Below, in pieces: positions 33,752-44,867 of a DNA stretch of 64,000 bases (position 1 is the first letter of the stretch; every line of letters begins with the position of its first letter). The DNA comes from a bacterium (lineage in GTDB: Bacteria; Auribacterota; Tritonobacteria; UBA1439), in the NCBI GenBank assembly GCA_028716845.1, contig JAQUPF010000013.1, positions 890 through 64,889 on the forward strand. Reading direction: 5' to 3'. The notes under the pieces were generated by a model. That model searched no databases and was not told the DNA's origin. It was given only the letters and a program-made list of their open reading frames with translations. A program made the position numbers and the translations under genes.

Positions 33752-36700
33752 ATGTTCACGTGGATGCTCAGGCACACGATCGGCACGAAGAACGACCGCG
33801 ACGTCAGGCGGCTCCTGCCTGTCGTCCGCAGGATCAACGAGATCGAGCGGGAGTACCAGTCCCTCACGGATGAGGGGCTGCGGGAGAAGACCGCCGAGTT
33901 CAGGCGGCGGCTCGCCGCCGGCGAGACGCCGGACGGCATCATGCCGGAGGCGTTCGCGGCCGTGAAGAACGCCTGCCGGCGGCTGCTCGGGCGGCGGTGG
34001 GACGTCTGCGGCATCGAGGTCGAGTGGGACATGGTGCCGTTCGACGTCCAGCTCATGGGCGCCGTCGTCCTCCATCAGGGGAAGATCGCCGAGATGGCGA
34101 CCGGCGAGGGGAAGACGCTCGTCGCCACCATGCCGCTCTATCTGAACGCCCTCCCCGGCCGGAACGTCCACCTCGTCACCGTGAACGACTACCTCGCCCG
34201 CCGCGACTCGCAGTGGATGGGCCCCGTCTACGAGATGCTCGGCCTCACCGTCGGCTGCATCCAGCACGACATGCCGCACGACGAGCGGCGGGCCGCCTAC
34301 GCCCGCGACATCACCTACGGAACGAACAGCGAGTTCGGCTTCGACTACCTCCGCGACAACGGGATGGCGATGAGCGTCGAGGAGCAGGTGCAGCGCGGCC
34401 ACGCCTACGCGATCGTGGACGAGGTGGACTCGATCCTCATCGACGAGGCGCGCACCCCCCTCATCATCTCGGGGCCGGTCATGGTCTCCATCCAGCAGTA
34501 CGACCGGCTCCGGCCGCGGGCGGACGAGCTCGTGCGCAAGCAGACGTTCCTCTGCAACCGGCTCATCACCGAGGCGAAGGAGATGCTCGGGAACGAGGAG
34601 ACGCGCTACGAGGCCGGCAGGAAGATCTACCTCGTCAGCCGCGGCGCCCCGAAGAACAAGCAGCTCCTCAGGCTCATGGAGGACCCGCAGGTGCGGCGGC
34701 TCGTGGACCGGGTGGACCTCGACCTCCGGGCCGACATGAAGAAGGAGGACAAGTTCCGGCTCCTCGAGGAGCTCTACTTCGAGATCGACGAGAAGGGCCA
34801 CGACATCGACATCAAGGAGCGGGGGCACGCGGTGCTCGACCCGAGCGGCCTCCACTCCTTCGTCATGCCCGACATCATCACCGGCTTCCAGGAAATCGAC
34901 GAGGACCCGTCCCTCGGCCCCGAGGAGCGGGAGCGGCGCAAGCAGGCGCTCCAGCAGCGGCAGATCGAGACCGGGGAGAAGCTCCACTCCCTCACGCAGC
35001 TCATCCGCGCCTACGCACTCTACGAAAAGGACGTGGAGTACGTCGTCCAGGAGAACAGGGTCATCATCGTGGACGAGTTCACCGGGCGGCTCATGCCGGG
35101 GAGGCGCTGGAGCGACGGCCTCCACCAGGCGGTGGAGGCGAAGGAGGGGGTGCGGGTCGAGGGGGAGACGCAGACCTTCGCCACCATCACCATCCAGAAC
35201 TACTTCCGCCTCTATGAGAAGCTCGCCGGCATGACCGGCACGGCCGAGACCGAGGCCCCGGAGTTCCACCAGATCTACAAGCTCGACGTGGTCGTCATCC
35301 CCACGAACGAGCCGGTGCGGCGGCGGGACGCGAACGACGTGATCTACAAGACCCGCCGCGAGAAGTACAACGCCGTGGTGGACGAGATCGCGGGGCTCCA
35401 CGCGGCGGGGCGCCCGGTGCTCGTCGGGACGGTCAGCGTCGAGCAGTCGGAGGTCCTCAGCCGCCTCCTCCAGCGCCGCGGCATCCCGCACCACGTCCTG
35501 AACGCCCGCTCCCACCAGCGGGAGGCCGAGATCATCGCCGGCGCCGGGCGGAAGGGGGCGGTGACGATCGCCACGAACATGGCCGGCCGGGGGACGGACA
35601 TCAAGCTCGGCCCGGGCGTCGTCAGCCCCGACTGCATCCTCAAGGGCGGGCGCATGTGCTGCATCATCTGCGCGATGGAGCGGCAGTGCCGGCGCGCCGC
35701 CGCGCCGCCCTGCGGGAAGGCGCGGCGGATGGCGGAGTGCGAGAAGGCCCCCCCCTGCGGCCTCCGGATCATCGGCACGGAGCGGCACGAGGCCCGGCGG
35801 ATCGACCGCCAGCTCCGCGGCCGCAGCGCCCGCCAGGGAGACCCCGGCTCCTCGCGCTTCTACCTCTCGCTCGAGGACGACCTCATGCGGCTGTTCGGCT
35901 CGGAGCGGATCGCCCGCGTGATGGAGCGGATCGGCATGAAGGAGGGGGAGGAGCTCGTCCACCCGCTCCTGACGAGGTCGATCGAGACCGCGCAGAAGCG
36001 GGTCGAGCAGCGGAACTTCGCCATCCGGAAGCACACGCTCGAGTACGACAACGTGATGAACAAGCAGCGGGAGGTGATCTACTCCTTCCGCAACGAGATC
36101 CTCACGACCGCCGACCCGGCGGCGATGGTCATGGACCTCGTCCGGGAGGTCGTGGCGTCGAAGGTCCCGCTCTACATCCCCCCGGAGGCGCACCGCGACG
36201 AGTGGGACACAGCCGGCCTCGTCCAGTGGCTCAACCTCTCCTTCCCGGTCTTTCAGAAACCGGAGGACATCGAGCGGGACGGCCGGGGGGCGGAGGAGGT
36301 CGCGGCGGCGGTCCTCGATCGGGTGGGCGAGGCCTTCGAGCGGAAGCGGCGCTTCGAGGACGAGGCCGCGCGCGGGGCGGCGGGGGCGCCCGAGATGGGG
36401 GAGGCCGCCATGCAGCGCCTCGGCCGGCTCCTCATGCTGAGCGTGGTGGACCGCCTCTGGAAGGAACACCTCTACAACATGGACGCCCTCCGGGAGGGGA
36501 TCTTCCTCCGCGCCTACGGCCAGAAGGACCCGCTCATCGAGTACAAGAAGGAAGGGTTCGACATGTTCTCCGAGATGATGGCGGCCGCGAAGGACGAGAT
36601 CGCGACCGGCATCTTCCGCATCACCTTCTCGCCCCAGGCGCTGCGCCGGATGACGGCGGCGCCGAAGGAGCGGGAGTACGTCCACCGCGAGGTGAGCGCC

Positions 36701-36895
36701 TTCCGCATGGCGGCGGAGGAGGGGGAGCCGGCGCTCGCCGGCGTCGCGGCGCGGCCGGGGGCCGCCGCCGACGGGGGCGAGGCCGCGGAGCCCGCCCGGA
36801 AGCCGTTCAGGCGGGCGGACCGGAAGGTCGGCCCCAACGAGCCCTGCCCCTGCGGGAGCGGCAGGAAGTTCAAGAAGTGCTGCGGCGCGGCGTGA
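33752..36895 (+). CDS. secA: Preprotein translocase ATPase SecA
   Basis: 1047 aa. Walker A GEGKT, DEAD-like motors, [38 protein letters not shown]-terminal zinc finger [14 protein letters not shown]. Carries an atypical 8-Cys insertion at nt about 35620-35762. Confidence 0.95.
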   Translation: MFTWMLRHTIGTKNDRDVRRLLPVVRRINEIEREYQSLTDEGLREKTAEFRRRLAAGETPDGIMPEAFAAVKNACRRLLGRRWDVCGIEVEWDMVPFDVQLMGAVVLHQGKIAEMATGEGKTLVATMPLYLNALPGRNVHLVTVNDYLARRDSQWMGPVYEMLGLTVGCIQHDMPHDERRAAYARDITYGTNSEFGFDYLRDNGMAMSVEEQVQRGHAYAIVDEVDSILIDEARTPLIISGPVMVSIQQYDRLRPRADELVRKQTFLCNRLITEAKEMLGNEETRYEAGRKIYLVSRGAPKNKQLLRLMEDPQVRRLVDRVDLDLRADMKKEDKFRLLEELYFEIDEKGHDIDIKERGHAVLDPSGLHSFVMPDIITGFQEIDEDPSLGPEERERRKQALQQRQIETGEKLHSLTQLIRAYALYEKDVEYVVQENRVIIVDEFTGRLMPGRRWSDGLHQAVEAKEGVRVEGETQTFATITIQNYFRLYEKLAGMTGTAETEAPEFHQIYKLDVVVIPTNEPVRRRDANDVIYKTRREKYNAVVDEIAGLHAAGRPVLVGTVSVEQSEVLSRLLQRRGIPHHVLNARSHQREAEIIAGAGRKGAVTIATNMAGRGTDIKLGPGVVSPDCILKGGRMCCIICAMERQCRRAAAPPCGKARRMAECEKAPPCGLRIIGTERHEARRIDRQLRGRSARQGDPGSSRFYLSLEDDLMRLFGSERIARVMERIGMKEGEELVHPLLTRSIETAQKRVEQRNFAIRKHTLEYDNVMNKQREVIYSFRNEILTTADPAAMVMDLVREVVASKVPLYIPPEAHRDEWDTAGLVQWLNLSFPVFQKPEDIERDGRGAEEVAAAVLDRVGEAFERKRRFEDEAARGAAGAPEMGEAAMQRLGRLLMLSVVDRLWKEHLYNMDALREGIFLRAYGQKDPLIEYKKEGFDMFSEMMAAAKDEIATGIFRITFSPQALRRMTAAPKEREYVHREVSAFRMAAEEGEPALAGVAARPGAAADGGEAAEPARKPFRRADRKVGPNEPCPCGSGRKFKKCCGAA

Positions 36896-36930
36896 AGCGC
36901 CCGCCGCCCCCGCGGACCCGGACCGTTCAG

Positions 36931-38415
36931 ATGCAGCCGTTCCTTCTCGCGATCCTGTCCGGCCTGCTCCTCGCCGTCTCGTTCCCCGAGACGGAGTGGC
37001 ATTTCCTCGCCTGGATCGCCCTCGTCCCGTTCCTCTTCGCCGTCGAGGGGAGGGACTGGAGGGAGACGCTCCGGATCGGGGCCGCCGCCGGGGTCGCCTT
37101 CTGGTGGAGCCTCTTCTACTGGCTCAACAACGTCACCGTCGCGGGCTTCCTCGTCCTCACCCTCTACCTCGCCCTCTACTTCCCGGCGTTCGGCGTACTC
37201 ATGAACCTGCTCTCGCGCCGGCCGCGCGTCCCGGCGTGGCTCGCGGCGCCGATCGTCTGGACCGCCCTCGAGTACGGCCGGACGTACGCCTTCACGGGCC
37301 TGCCGTGGGGCCTCGCCGGCGTGACGCAGTACCGCGTCGTCCCGCTCATCCAGATCGCCGCCGTCACCGGCGTCTACGGCGTCTCCTTCCTCGTCCTCCT
37401 CGTCAACGCCGCCATCTACGAGTGCGCCCGCCGCCGCCGCCCCGCCCCCGCCGCGGCCGCGGCGGTCGCGGTCGGGGCCTGCCTCGCCTGGGGCGGCTGG
37501 TGGCTCGCCGGCGAATTCCGGGAGGGGCGGGGGCCGCGGGTGGCGATCGTCCAGGGGAACGTGCCGCAGGAGGAGAAGTTCGGCGAGGGGTTCCGGGACG
37601 AGATCGTCGAGCGGTTCCGCGGCCTCACGCTCGGCCTCCGGGATGCGGCCCCGGACCTCATCGTCTGGCCGGAGACCTCGATCCCCGGCTACTACTGGTA
37701 CGACCCGGTCCTCCGGGGGGCCGTCGCCGCCCTCCAGATGGAGACCCGGACGCCGCTCCTGTTCGGCAGCACCCACATGACGGACATCGAGCGGCCGAAG
37801 TTCTTCAACAGCGCCTTCCTCGTGGGGCCGAACGCCGAGACGGTGGGGAGGTACGACAAGATCCACCTCGTCCTCTTCGGCGAGATCATCCCCTGCAAGC
37901 GCCTCCTCCCGTTCCTCATGCGCTTCGTGCCGTTCGAGGAGGATTTCACGCCGGGGGACTCCTTCACCGTCTTCCCGTTCGGAAAGGGCGACTTCTCCGC
38001 CCTCATCTGCTTCGAGGACATCATGCCCGACCTCGCCCGCGGCTTCGTCCGCCGCGGGGCCCGATTCCTCGTCAACGTCACGAACGACGCCTGGTTCGGC
38101 AGGACGAGCCAGCCGTACCAGCACGTCGCCCACGCCGTCTTCCGGTCGGTGGAGAACTGCGTGAGCATGGTGCGGGCCACGAACACGGGCGTCTCCTGCT
38201 TCATCGACCCGCACGGCCGCATCACCCGCGTCCTCACCGACGGCGCCGGGCGGGCGCTCTTCGTCGCCGGCACCGCGACGGCGGAGGTCCCGCTCACGCG
38301 CGTGAGCACCTTCTACACCCGGCACGGCAACGTCTTCGCCGCCGCCTGCGCCGCGGCGGCCGCGGCGCTCGTCTCCCTCGCCCTCGTCCCGGGCGGGCGG
38401 CGTTCGAGACTGTAG
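36931..38415 (+). CDS. lnt: Apolipoprotein N-acyltransferase
   Basis: 494 aa from MQPFLLAILSGLL. N-terminal TM domain plus CN-hydrolase domain (E..K..C triad context: IVWPETS, ALICFE). Confidence 0.85.
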   Translation: MQPFLLAILSGLLLAVSFPETEWHFLAWIALVPFLFAVEGRDWRETLRIGAAAGVAFWWSLFYWLNNVTVAGFLVLTLYLALYFPAFGVLMNLLSRRPRVPAWLAAPIVWTALEYGRTYAFTGLPWGLAGVTQYRVVPLIQIAAVTGVYGVSFLVLLVNAAIYECARRRRPAPAAAAAVAVGACLAWGGWWLAGEFREGRGPRVAIVQGNVPQEEKFGEGFRDEIVERFRGLTLGLRDAAPDLIVWPETSIPGYYWYDPVLRGAVAALQMETRTPLLFGSTHMTDIERPKFFNSAFLVGPNAETVGRYDKIHLVLFGEIIPCKRLLPFLMRFVPFEEDFTPGDSFTVFPFGKGDFSALICFEDIMPDLARGFVRRGARFLVNVTNDAWFGRTSQPYQHVAHAVFRSVENCVSMVRATNTGVSCFIDPHGRITRVLTDGAGRALFVAGTATAEVPLTRVSTFYTRHGNVFAAACAAAAAALVSLALVPGGRRSRL

Positions 38416-38435
38416 GATGATTCGGATACGATGCA

Positions 38436-38471
38436 CCAATCCACCGCGGATCGACACGGATCATCACGGAT
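38436..38471. repeat. Dispersed intergenic repeat, inverted copy
   Basis: ACCAATCCACCGCGGATCGACACGGATCATCACGGATG. A second forward degenerate copy at about 38526-38578. Confidence 0.75.
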
Positions 38472-38650
38472 GAAACTGCAGTCAAAAGTTCAAAGTTGAA
38501 AGGGAAAGAGATTCAGCTGCAATGGAATCCGTCGAACGCCGTCAATAATCCGTGGAAATCCGTGGTGCGCGGTTCATTGTTTCGCGGCGGATCCGGCGAG
38601 AAGCGAAATACGGGATACGAACGACGGATCGGACAAGAAGGGGGAGCGGC

Positions 38651-39749
38651 ATGATCGACGAACTCGCGGAGCGGCACGTGAAGCTCATGGAGGGCCTGCG
38701 GAAGCTCGGCGACTACCTTTGACGTCGAGGCGAAGCGGCGCGAGATCGCGGCCCTCGAGGAGGAGCTCGGCCGGCCCGGCTTCTGGGACGACCAGGCCCG
38801 GGCCCGTGCCGTCACCGAGTCGCTCAGCCGCCTGAAGGAGGCGGTCGGGGAGTGGGAGGGGCTGCGGGGCGAGGTCGATGACCTCGGCCTCCTGCTCGAG
38901 GTGGCGCGGGGCGAGGGGGCGGAGGCCGCCGCCGGCCTCGCGGCGGACTTCGACCGCGTCGAGCGCGCCTTCGACGCCCTCGAGGTGCGGGCGCTCCTCG
39001 GCGGCGAGCACGACCGCTCGAACGCCATCATGATGATCCACGCGGGGGCGGGCGGGACGGAGTCGTGCGACTGGGTGGCGATGCTCCTCCGGATGTACCG
39101 CCGCTGGGCGGAGGGGAGGGGGTACGAGACCGAGATCCTCGACGCGACGGCGGGGGAGGAGGCGGGCTTACGGAGCGTGACGCTCGCCGTCAAGGGGCCG
39201 TTCGCCTACGGCTACCTCAAGGCGGAGCGCGGCGTCCACCGGCTCGTCCGCATCTCCCCGTTCGACGCGAACAAGCGCCGGCACACGACCTTCGCCTCGG
39301 CGGACGTCGTCCCGGAGATCGGCGAGGAGGAGGTCTCGATCAGGGACGAGGACCTCAGGATCGACACCTTCCGCGCCGGCGGGCGCGGCGGCCAGCACGT
39401 CAACGTGACCGATTCCGCCGTCCGCATCACCCACGTGCCGACGGGGATCGTCGCCCAGTGCCAGAACGAGCGGTCGCAGCACCAGAACAAGGAGACGGCG
39501 ATGCGGATCCTCCTCGCGCGCCTGGCGGAGCACGAGCGGCGGCTCCGGGAGGAGGAGATGCAGCGGGAGCGTGGCGAGAAGAAGGAGATCGCCTGGGGGA
39601 GCCAGATCCGCTCCTACGTCTTCCAGCCGTACACGATGGTGAAGGACCACCGGACGAAGCACGAGATCGGGAACGTCGAGGGGGTGATGGACGGCGGGAT
39701 CCAGCCGTTCATCGAGGCGTACCTGAAGACGGCGAAGGGCCGCCCCTGA
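38651..39749 (+). CDS. prfB: Peptide chain release factor 2 with programmed +1 ribosomal frameshift
   Basis: Frame 0: MIDELAERHVKLMEGLRKLGDYL then TGA at 38720-38722 within the canonical CTT TGA C shifty site. The +1 frame continues DVEAKRREIAALEEELGRPGFWDD... through GGQHVNVTDSAVRITHVPTGIV (GGQ motif) to 39749. Confidence 0.9.
38717..38723 (+). other. prfB +1 frameshift site CTTTGAC
   Basis: Seen directly. Conserved autoregulatory recoding signal of bacterial prfB. Confidence 0.85.
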
Positions 39750-39808
39750 CCCCATGAACCGCGAGCCGCGGATTATCGGCGGATTTCCACGGATTCCTCG
39801 ACGGTGAT

Positions 39809-39850
39809 ATCCGTGATGATCCGTGTCGATCCGTGGTGGATTGGTTCCTC
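39809..39850. repeat. Dispersed intergenic repeat, forward copy
   Basis: ATCCGTGATGATCCGTGTCGATCCGTGGTGGATTGGTTCCTC. Confidence 0.8.
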
Positions 39851-39932
39851 GCGCGGCGGCGGAAATGACTGTGGCGGGCCGCGCCGGATGGGATAGAATG
39901 GTCCGCGCCTTTCGGCCGGAAGGGGGTGGAGG

Positions 39933-40331
39933 ATGAGGAAATTCGTTTTCGCGCTGCTCGCGGCGTGGCTCGCCGTCGTCGTCTGTTCCGATGCCGTCGC
40001 GGCCTACATCGACGACGTGAGCCGGAAGCTCGATCGCGGCCTCTCCAACGTCCTCGGCTGCTGGCTCGAAATGCCGTACCAGACCTGGGCCGCCGCGAGC
40101 GAGCGGGGGGTCATCGCCGGGGGGGCGTCGGGGCTCGGCCGTGGAATCGTCATGCTGCCGGCGCGGCTCCTCTCGGGCGCCGCCGACATCGTGACCTTCC
40201 CCGTCCCGTGCCCGGGGACGGGCTGGGACGGGATGATCCGGCCCGAGTATAACCCGTGGGTCGAGGTGCCCGAGGAACCGATCGCGGTCGGGCCGGCGGA
40301 TGCCGCTCTCGAGGCCGCGGCGGGGGAGTGA
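39933..40331 (+). CDS. Small secreted protein, resembles the exosortase-associated TIGR04073-type family
   Basis: 132 aa. Signal peptide MRKFVFALLAAWLAVVVCSDA. RKLDRGLSNVLGCWLEMPYQ block. The family assignment itself is tentative. Confidence 0.55.
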   Translation: MRKFVFALLAAWLAVVVCSDAVAAYIDDVSRKLDRGLSNVLGCWLEMPYQTWAAASERGVIAGGASGLGRGIVMLPARLLSGAADIVTFPVPCPGTGWDGMIRPEYNPWVEVPEEPIAVGPADAALEAAAGE

Positions 40332-40362
40332 CCGCGCGGCCGTCCGGCGGGGAGGGAACCTG

Positions 40363-41838
40363 ATGGAGAGCGACGCGCTGTACGAGCAGCGCCTCGAGAA
40401 GCTGCGGCGCCTCCGCGCGGCGGGGGAGCCGGTGTACGAGCGCGCCTTCCCCGATCGCGAACCGGTGCAGGAGGCGATCGAGGGGTTCGCCGAGGGGAGG
40501 CGGATGCGGCTCGCGGGCCGCATCCACTCGATCAGGGGCCACGGCGGGAGCGCCTTTGCCGATCTCCGGGACGCGACCGGCAGGATCCAGATCTACCTCC
40601 GGCGGAACCTCCTCCCGGAGGGCGTCTTCGACCGCGTCCGGGACCTCGACATCGGCGACATCGTCGGCGTCGAGGGGACGCTCTTCGTGACGAAGACGGG
40701 GGAGAAGACGCTCGAGGTCCGCGGCCTCGCCGTCCTCTCGAAGGCGCTCCGGGAGCCGCCGCTCGGCAAGAGCAAGGACGACCGGCACTGGTACGCCCTC
40801 GCCGACACGGAGACGCGCTACCGGCGGCGCTACCTCGATCTCATGGCGAACGAGGACGCCCGGCGGGTATTCCTCGTCAGGAGCCGCGTCATCCGCGGCA
40901 TCCGCGCCTTCCTGGACGCCCGGGGGTTCGCGGAGGTCGAGACGCCGATCATGCAGCCCGTGCCGGGCGGCGCGGCGGCGCGGCCGTTCGTCACCCGCCA
41001 TCGGGCCCTCCACGCCGACCTGTACCTCCGCGTCGCGCCGGAGCTCTACCTGAAGCGGCTCCTCGTCGGCGGGTTCGAGAAGGTCTACGAGATCGGGCGG
41101 AACTTCAGGAACGAGGGGATTTCGACGCGGCACAACCCCGAGTTCACGATGCTCGAGCTTTACGAGGCGTACGCGGACTACGGCGGGATCATGCGGCTCC
41201 TGGAGGAGATGGTCTCCTCCATCGCCCGCGATGTCCTCGGCGGCGACAGCATCACCTTCCGGGGGAAGGAAATATGCCTCTCGCCGCCGTGGGCCCGCCT
41301 CCCGCTGCTCCAGGCGATCCGCGACCGAACGGGGGAGGACCTCTCGCCGGAGCGCGGCGAGGCGGAGGCCCTCGCCGCCGCAGGGCGGCTCGGCCTCGAG
41401 ATCGAGGAGCCGCGGACGTACGCGAAGATCGTGGACGAGGCGCTGAAGGGCAGGGTGGTCCCGGCGCTCCTGGATCCGGTCTTCCTCACGGAGTACCCGG
41501 TCGCCCTCTCGCCGCTCGCCCGCCGGTCGCCGGGGCAGCCGCTCCTCGCGGAGCGCTTCCAGGCGTTCGCCGGCGGCCTCGAGATCGCGAACGCATTCTC
41601 CGAGCTGTGCGACCCGCTCGACCAGCGGGAGCGGTTCGAGGCCCAGATCGCCGCACGCCGTCTCGGCGACGAGGAGGCCCACCGGATGGACGACGATTTC
41701 ATCGCCGCCCTCGAGTACGGGATGCCGCCGGCGGGCGGCCTCGGCGTCGGCGTCGACCGCCTCGTCATGCTCCTCTCCGGCGCCGATTCGATCAGGGATG
41801 TCATCCTCTTCCCGCAGCTGAAGCCGGAGCACCGGTAG
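40363..41838 (+). CDS. lysS: Lysyl-tRNA synthetase (class II)
   Basis: 491 aa from MESDALYEQRLEKL. Class II motifs (FRNEG, GGLGVGVDRLVM). Confidence 0.95.
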   Translation: MESDALYEQRLEKLRRLRAAGEPVYERAFPDREPVQEAIEGFAEGRRMRLAGRIHSIRGHGGSAFADLRDATGRIQIYLRRNLLPEGVFDRVRDLDIGDIVGVEGTLFVTKTGEKTLEVRGLAVLSKALREPPLGKSKDDRHWYALADTETRYRRRYLDLMANEDARRVFLVRSRVIRGIRAFLDARGFAEVETPIMQPVPGGAAARPFVTRHRALHADLYLRVAPELYLKRLLVGGFEKVYEIGRNFRNEGISTRHNPEFTMLELYEAYADYGGIMRLLEEMVSSIARDVLGGDSITFRGKEICLSPPWARLPLLQAIRDRTGEDLSPERGEAEALAAAGRLGLEIEEPRTYAKIVDEALKGRVVPALLDPVFLTEYPVALSPLARRSPGQPLLAERFQAFAGGLEIANAFSELCDPLDQRERFEAQIAARRLGDEEAHRMDDDFIAALEYGMPPAGGLGVGVDRLVMLLSGADSIRDVILFPQLKPEHR

Positions 41839-41850
41839 GCGGGGGCCAGC

Positions 41851-43089
41851 ATGCCGCGGATGCCGTTCGAGCTGTTCGTGAGCCTGCGCTACCTCAAGGC
41901 GAAGCGCCGGCACCGGTTTATCTCCTTCATCACGGTGGTCTCCGTCGCCGGGGTGGCCCTCGGCGTGATGGCCCTCATCGTGGTCCTCGCGGTCATGAGC
42001 GGCTTCGAGCGCGAGATGAAGGAGAAGGTGATCGGCGTCCACTGCGAGCTCACCATCGGCTCCCGCGGCCTCATGCACGACTACCGGGAGGTCGTCCGCA
42101 GGGCCGAGGAGCTCCCCCACGCGACGGCCGCGACGCCGTTCATCATCGGCCAGGTCATCATCCGGGGGGGGAGGGGCGCCCGCGGCGTGGTCCTCCGCGG
42201 CATCGATCCGGCCGGCGAGGCCCGGGCGGGCGCGCTCGCGCGGCACCTCGCGCACGGCGATCTCCTCGATGCGGGACCGGGGATCGTCATCGGTGAGGAG
42301 TTCGCCCGGGACATGGGGTTCGGCGTCGGCGACCTCGTGCGGATCGTCTCGCCCGTCGAGGCGGACACGCCGGCGGGCCCCATGCCGGTGGTCCTCGAGC
42401 GGGTCGTCGCCGGCATCTTCGACTCCGGCATGTACGAGTACGACTCCTCGCTCGTCTACGTCGACCTCGACACCGCCCGTCGGCTCTTCCGGTTCCCCGA
42501 CGCCGTCCACGGCGTGAGCGTCCGCCTGGAGGACCTCGACCTGACCGGGACGGCGGCGGCCGCTGCCCGGGAGGCCTTCCCGTTCCCGTACGCCGTCTCC
42601 ACCTGGATGGAGAAGAACCCGAGCCTCTTCGCCGCGGTCCAGATGGAGAAGAAGATCATGTTCTTCATCGTCGCGCTCATCGTGCTCGTGGCGGCGCTCA
42701 ACATCGCGAGCACGCTCATCATGGTGGTGATGGAGAAGACGAAGGACATCGGGATCCTCAAGGCGATCGGGGTGAAGCCCCGGAGCATCATGGGCATCTT
42801 CACCGTCGAGGGGGCCATCATCGGCGTCACCGGCGCCGCCATCGGGTCGGTCGCCGGCGTCCTCTTCGCCGAGTTCATCAACCCGATCGCCGACACCATC
42901 GGCTGGGTGACCGGCTTCCAGCTCTTTCGGAGCGACGTCTACTACCTCGACAGGATTCCCGTGGACCTCTCGCGGGCGCGGATCGCGATCACCGCCGCCA
43001 TGGCGATCGCCCTGAGCGTCGTCGCGGCCCTCTACCCCGCGGGGAAGGCGTCCCGGCTCGACCCGGTGGAGGCGCTCCGCTATGAATGA
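41851..43089 (+). CDS. lolC: Lipoprotein-releasing system permease (LolC/LolE, FtsX-like)
   Basis: 412 aa. MPFELFVSLRYLKAKRRHRFISFITVVSVAGVALGV N-terminus typical of LolC/E. Confidence 0.85.
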   Translation: MPRMPFELFVSLRYLKAKRRHRFISFITVVSVAGVALGVMALIVVLAVMSGFEREMKEKVIGVHCELTIGSRGLMHDYREVVRRAEELPHATAATPFIIGQVIIRGGRGARGVVLRGIDPAGEARAGALARHLAHGDLLDAGPGIVIGEEFARDMGFGVGDLVRIVSPVEADTPAGPMPVVLERVVAGIFDSGMYEYDSSLVYVDLDTARRLFRFPDAVHGVSVRLEDLDLTGTAAAAAREAFPFPYAVSTWMEKNPSLFAAVQMEKKIMFFIVALIVLVAALNIASTLIMVVMEKTKDIGILKAIGVKPRSIMGIFTVEGAIIGVTGAAIGSVAGVLFAEFINPIADTIGWVTGFQLFRSDVYYLDRIPVDLSRARIAITAAMAIALSVVAALYPAGKASRLDPVEALRYE

Positions 43090-43777
43090 GCGGGCGGCGC
43101 CGCTCGTGGAGCTCCGGGACGTCCACAAGTCCTACGTGAGCGGGGCGCGGCCGCTCCACGTCCTGAAGGGGATCAACCTCGCCGTCGAGCGCGGCGAGAT
43201 CCTCTCGATCGTGGGGCCGTCGGGCGCCGGCAAGAGCACGCTCCTCCACGTCATGGGCGCCCTCGACCGGCCGGACGCCGGGAGCGTGCGCCTCGAGGGG
43301 GAGGACCTCTTCGCCCTCGGCGAGAACGCCCGGGCGCGGATCCGGAACCGATCGATCGGCTTCGTCTTCCAGTTCTACCACCTCCTGCCGGAGTTCACGG
43401 CGCTCGAGAACGTCCTCATGCCGGCGATGGTGTACGGCGCCGGCCCGTTCCGCGACCGGGGGGAGGCCGCGGCGCGGGCGGCGGAGCTCCTCTCGATGGT
43501 CGGCATCGAGGGGAGGATGGCGCACAAGCCGTCGGAGCTCTCCGGGGGGGAGCAGCAGCGCGTGGCCGTCGCGCGGGCGCTCGTGAACGGCCCCCGCCTC
43601 GTCCTCGCCGACGAGCCGAGCGGCAACCTCGACACGGGCGCGAGCGCGGAGCTCCTCGCCCTCATCCTCGACCTGAACGCCCGCTCGGGGCAGACCTTCG
43701 TCATCGTCACGCACGAGGAGGAGATCGCCCGGCGCGCCCACCGGCGGGTCCGGATCCGGGACGGCGCGCTCGAGTGA
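43082..43777 (+). CDS. lolD: Lipoprotein-releasing system ATP-binding protein
   Basis: 231 aa. GPSGAGKSTLL Walker A, LSGGEQQRVAVARAL signature, DEPSGNLD Walker B. Confidence 0.9.
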   Translation: MNERAAPLVELRDVHKSYVSGARPLHVLKGINLAVERGEILSIVGPSGAGKSTLLHVMGALDRPDAGSVRLEGEDLFALGENARARIRNRSIGFVFQFYHLLPEFTALENVLMPAMVYGAGPFRDRGEAAARAAELLSMVGIEGRMAHKPSELSGGEQQRVAVARALVNGPRLVLADEPSGNLDTGASAELLALILDLNARSGQTFVIVTHEEEIARRAHRRVRIRDGALE

Positions 43778-43860
43778 GGCCCCGCGATCCGGGGCGGACA
43801 ATGAAACCCGAGCCGCGGATCTCCACTGATCATCGACTGATATCCACGGATGGTCGTGAA

Positions 43861-43918
43861 GATGATCCGTGCGGATCCGTGATGATCCGTGTCAATCCGC
43901 GGCGGATTGGTTCTTCTT
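43861..43918. repeat. Dispersed intergenic repeat, forward copy with 4-5 phased units
   Basis: GATGATCCGTGCGGATCCGTGATGATCCGTGTCAATCCGCGGCGGATTGGTTCTTCTTT. Confidence 0.8.
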
Positions 43919-43990
43919 TATGACGTGCGGGTGCGCAATCTGTTGACGGGGCGGGGGATATAGGGTATCGTGCGGGGCATCGGGGGGCGC

Positions 43991-44845
43991 ATGAAAATCT
44001 ACGTCAACGGGAAATATTGTTCAAAGGCGAACGCGAAGGTCTCCGTCTACGACCACGGCCTCCTCTACGGGGACGGCGTCTTCGAGGGGATCCGCGCGTA
44101 CGCCGGCAGGGTGTTCAAGCTCCGCGAGCACATCAACCGCCTCTACGAGAGCGCCAAGGCGATCATGCTGCGGATCCCGCTCTCGAAGAAGGACCTCATG
44201 GACGCCGTCACGGAGACGGTGCGCGTCAACCGGCTGAAGGACGCCTACATCAGGCTCATCGTCACGCGCGGCCTCGGCACGCTCGGCCTCAACCCGTTCA
44301 ACTGCCGTGAGCCGCAGGTCATCATCATCGCCGACAAGATCGTCCTCTACCCGAGGACGTTCTACGAGAACGGGCTGAGCGTCATCACCGTGCCGACGCA
44401 GCGGAACCTCGCCGAGGCGGTGAACCCGCGGATCAAGTCGCTCAACTACCTCAACAACATCCTCGCCAAGATCGAGGCGATCAACTCCGGCTGCCACGAG
44501 GCGATCATGCTCAATTCGTTCGGCTACGTGGCGGAGTGCACCGGCGACAACATCTTCATCCTCAAGGACGGCGTCATCAAGACCCCACCGCTCTTCATGG
44601 GGGTGCTCGAGGGGATCACCCGCGACGAGATCATCTCGCTCGCCGCCAACTTCGGCATCGAGGTCATGGAGACGGTCTTCACCCGGCACGACATCTTCAA
44701 CGCCGACGAGTGCTTCCTCACGGGCACGGCCGCCGAGATCATCCCCGTCGTGAAGGTGGACGGCCGCACGATCGGAAGCGGCAGGCCGGGGCGGATCACC
44801 CGGAAGCTCATGGCCGCCTTCCACGAGCTCGTCCGCCGCGGCTGA
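43991..44845 (+). CDS. ilvE: Branched-chain amino acid aminotransferase (class IV PLP fold)
   Basis: 284 aa from MKIYVNGKY. YDHGLLYGDGVFEGIRAY and EC..TGTAAE blocks. Confidence 0.9.
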   Translation: MKIYVNGKYCSKANAKVSVYDHGLLYGDGVFEGIRAYAGRVFKLREHINRLYESAKAIMLRIPLSKKDLMDAVTETVRVNRLKDAYIRLIVTRGLGTLGLNPFNCREPQVIIIADKIVLYPRTFYENGLSVITVPTQRNLAEAVNPRIKSLNYLNNILAKIEAINSGCHEAIMLNSFGYVAECTGDNIFILKDGVIKTPPLFMGVLEGITRDEIISLAANFGIEVMETVFTRHDIFNADECFLTGTAAEIIPVVKVDGRTIGSGRPGRITRKLMAAFHELVRRG

Positions 44846-44867
44846 CCGCCGCCCCCGCGCGGGCACG

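Noticed and set aside
25442-38485. Short ORFs beginning MIRVNPWWI / MMIRANPWWI / MIRVDPRWI / MIRVHPRWF on various strands (e.g. 25442, 33193, 38485, 58567)
   Set aside because: The recurrent peptide is simply the translation of the dispersed CACGGAT-family repeat. Copies are in different frames and orientations and fuse to unrelated downstream sequence.
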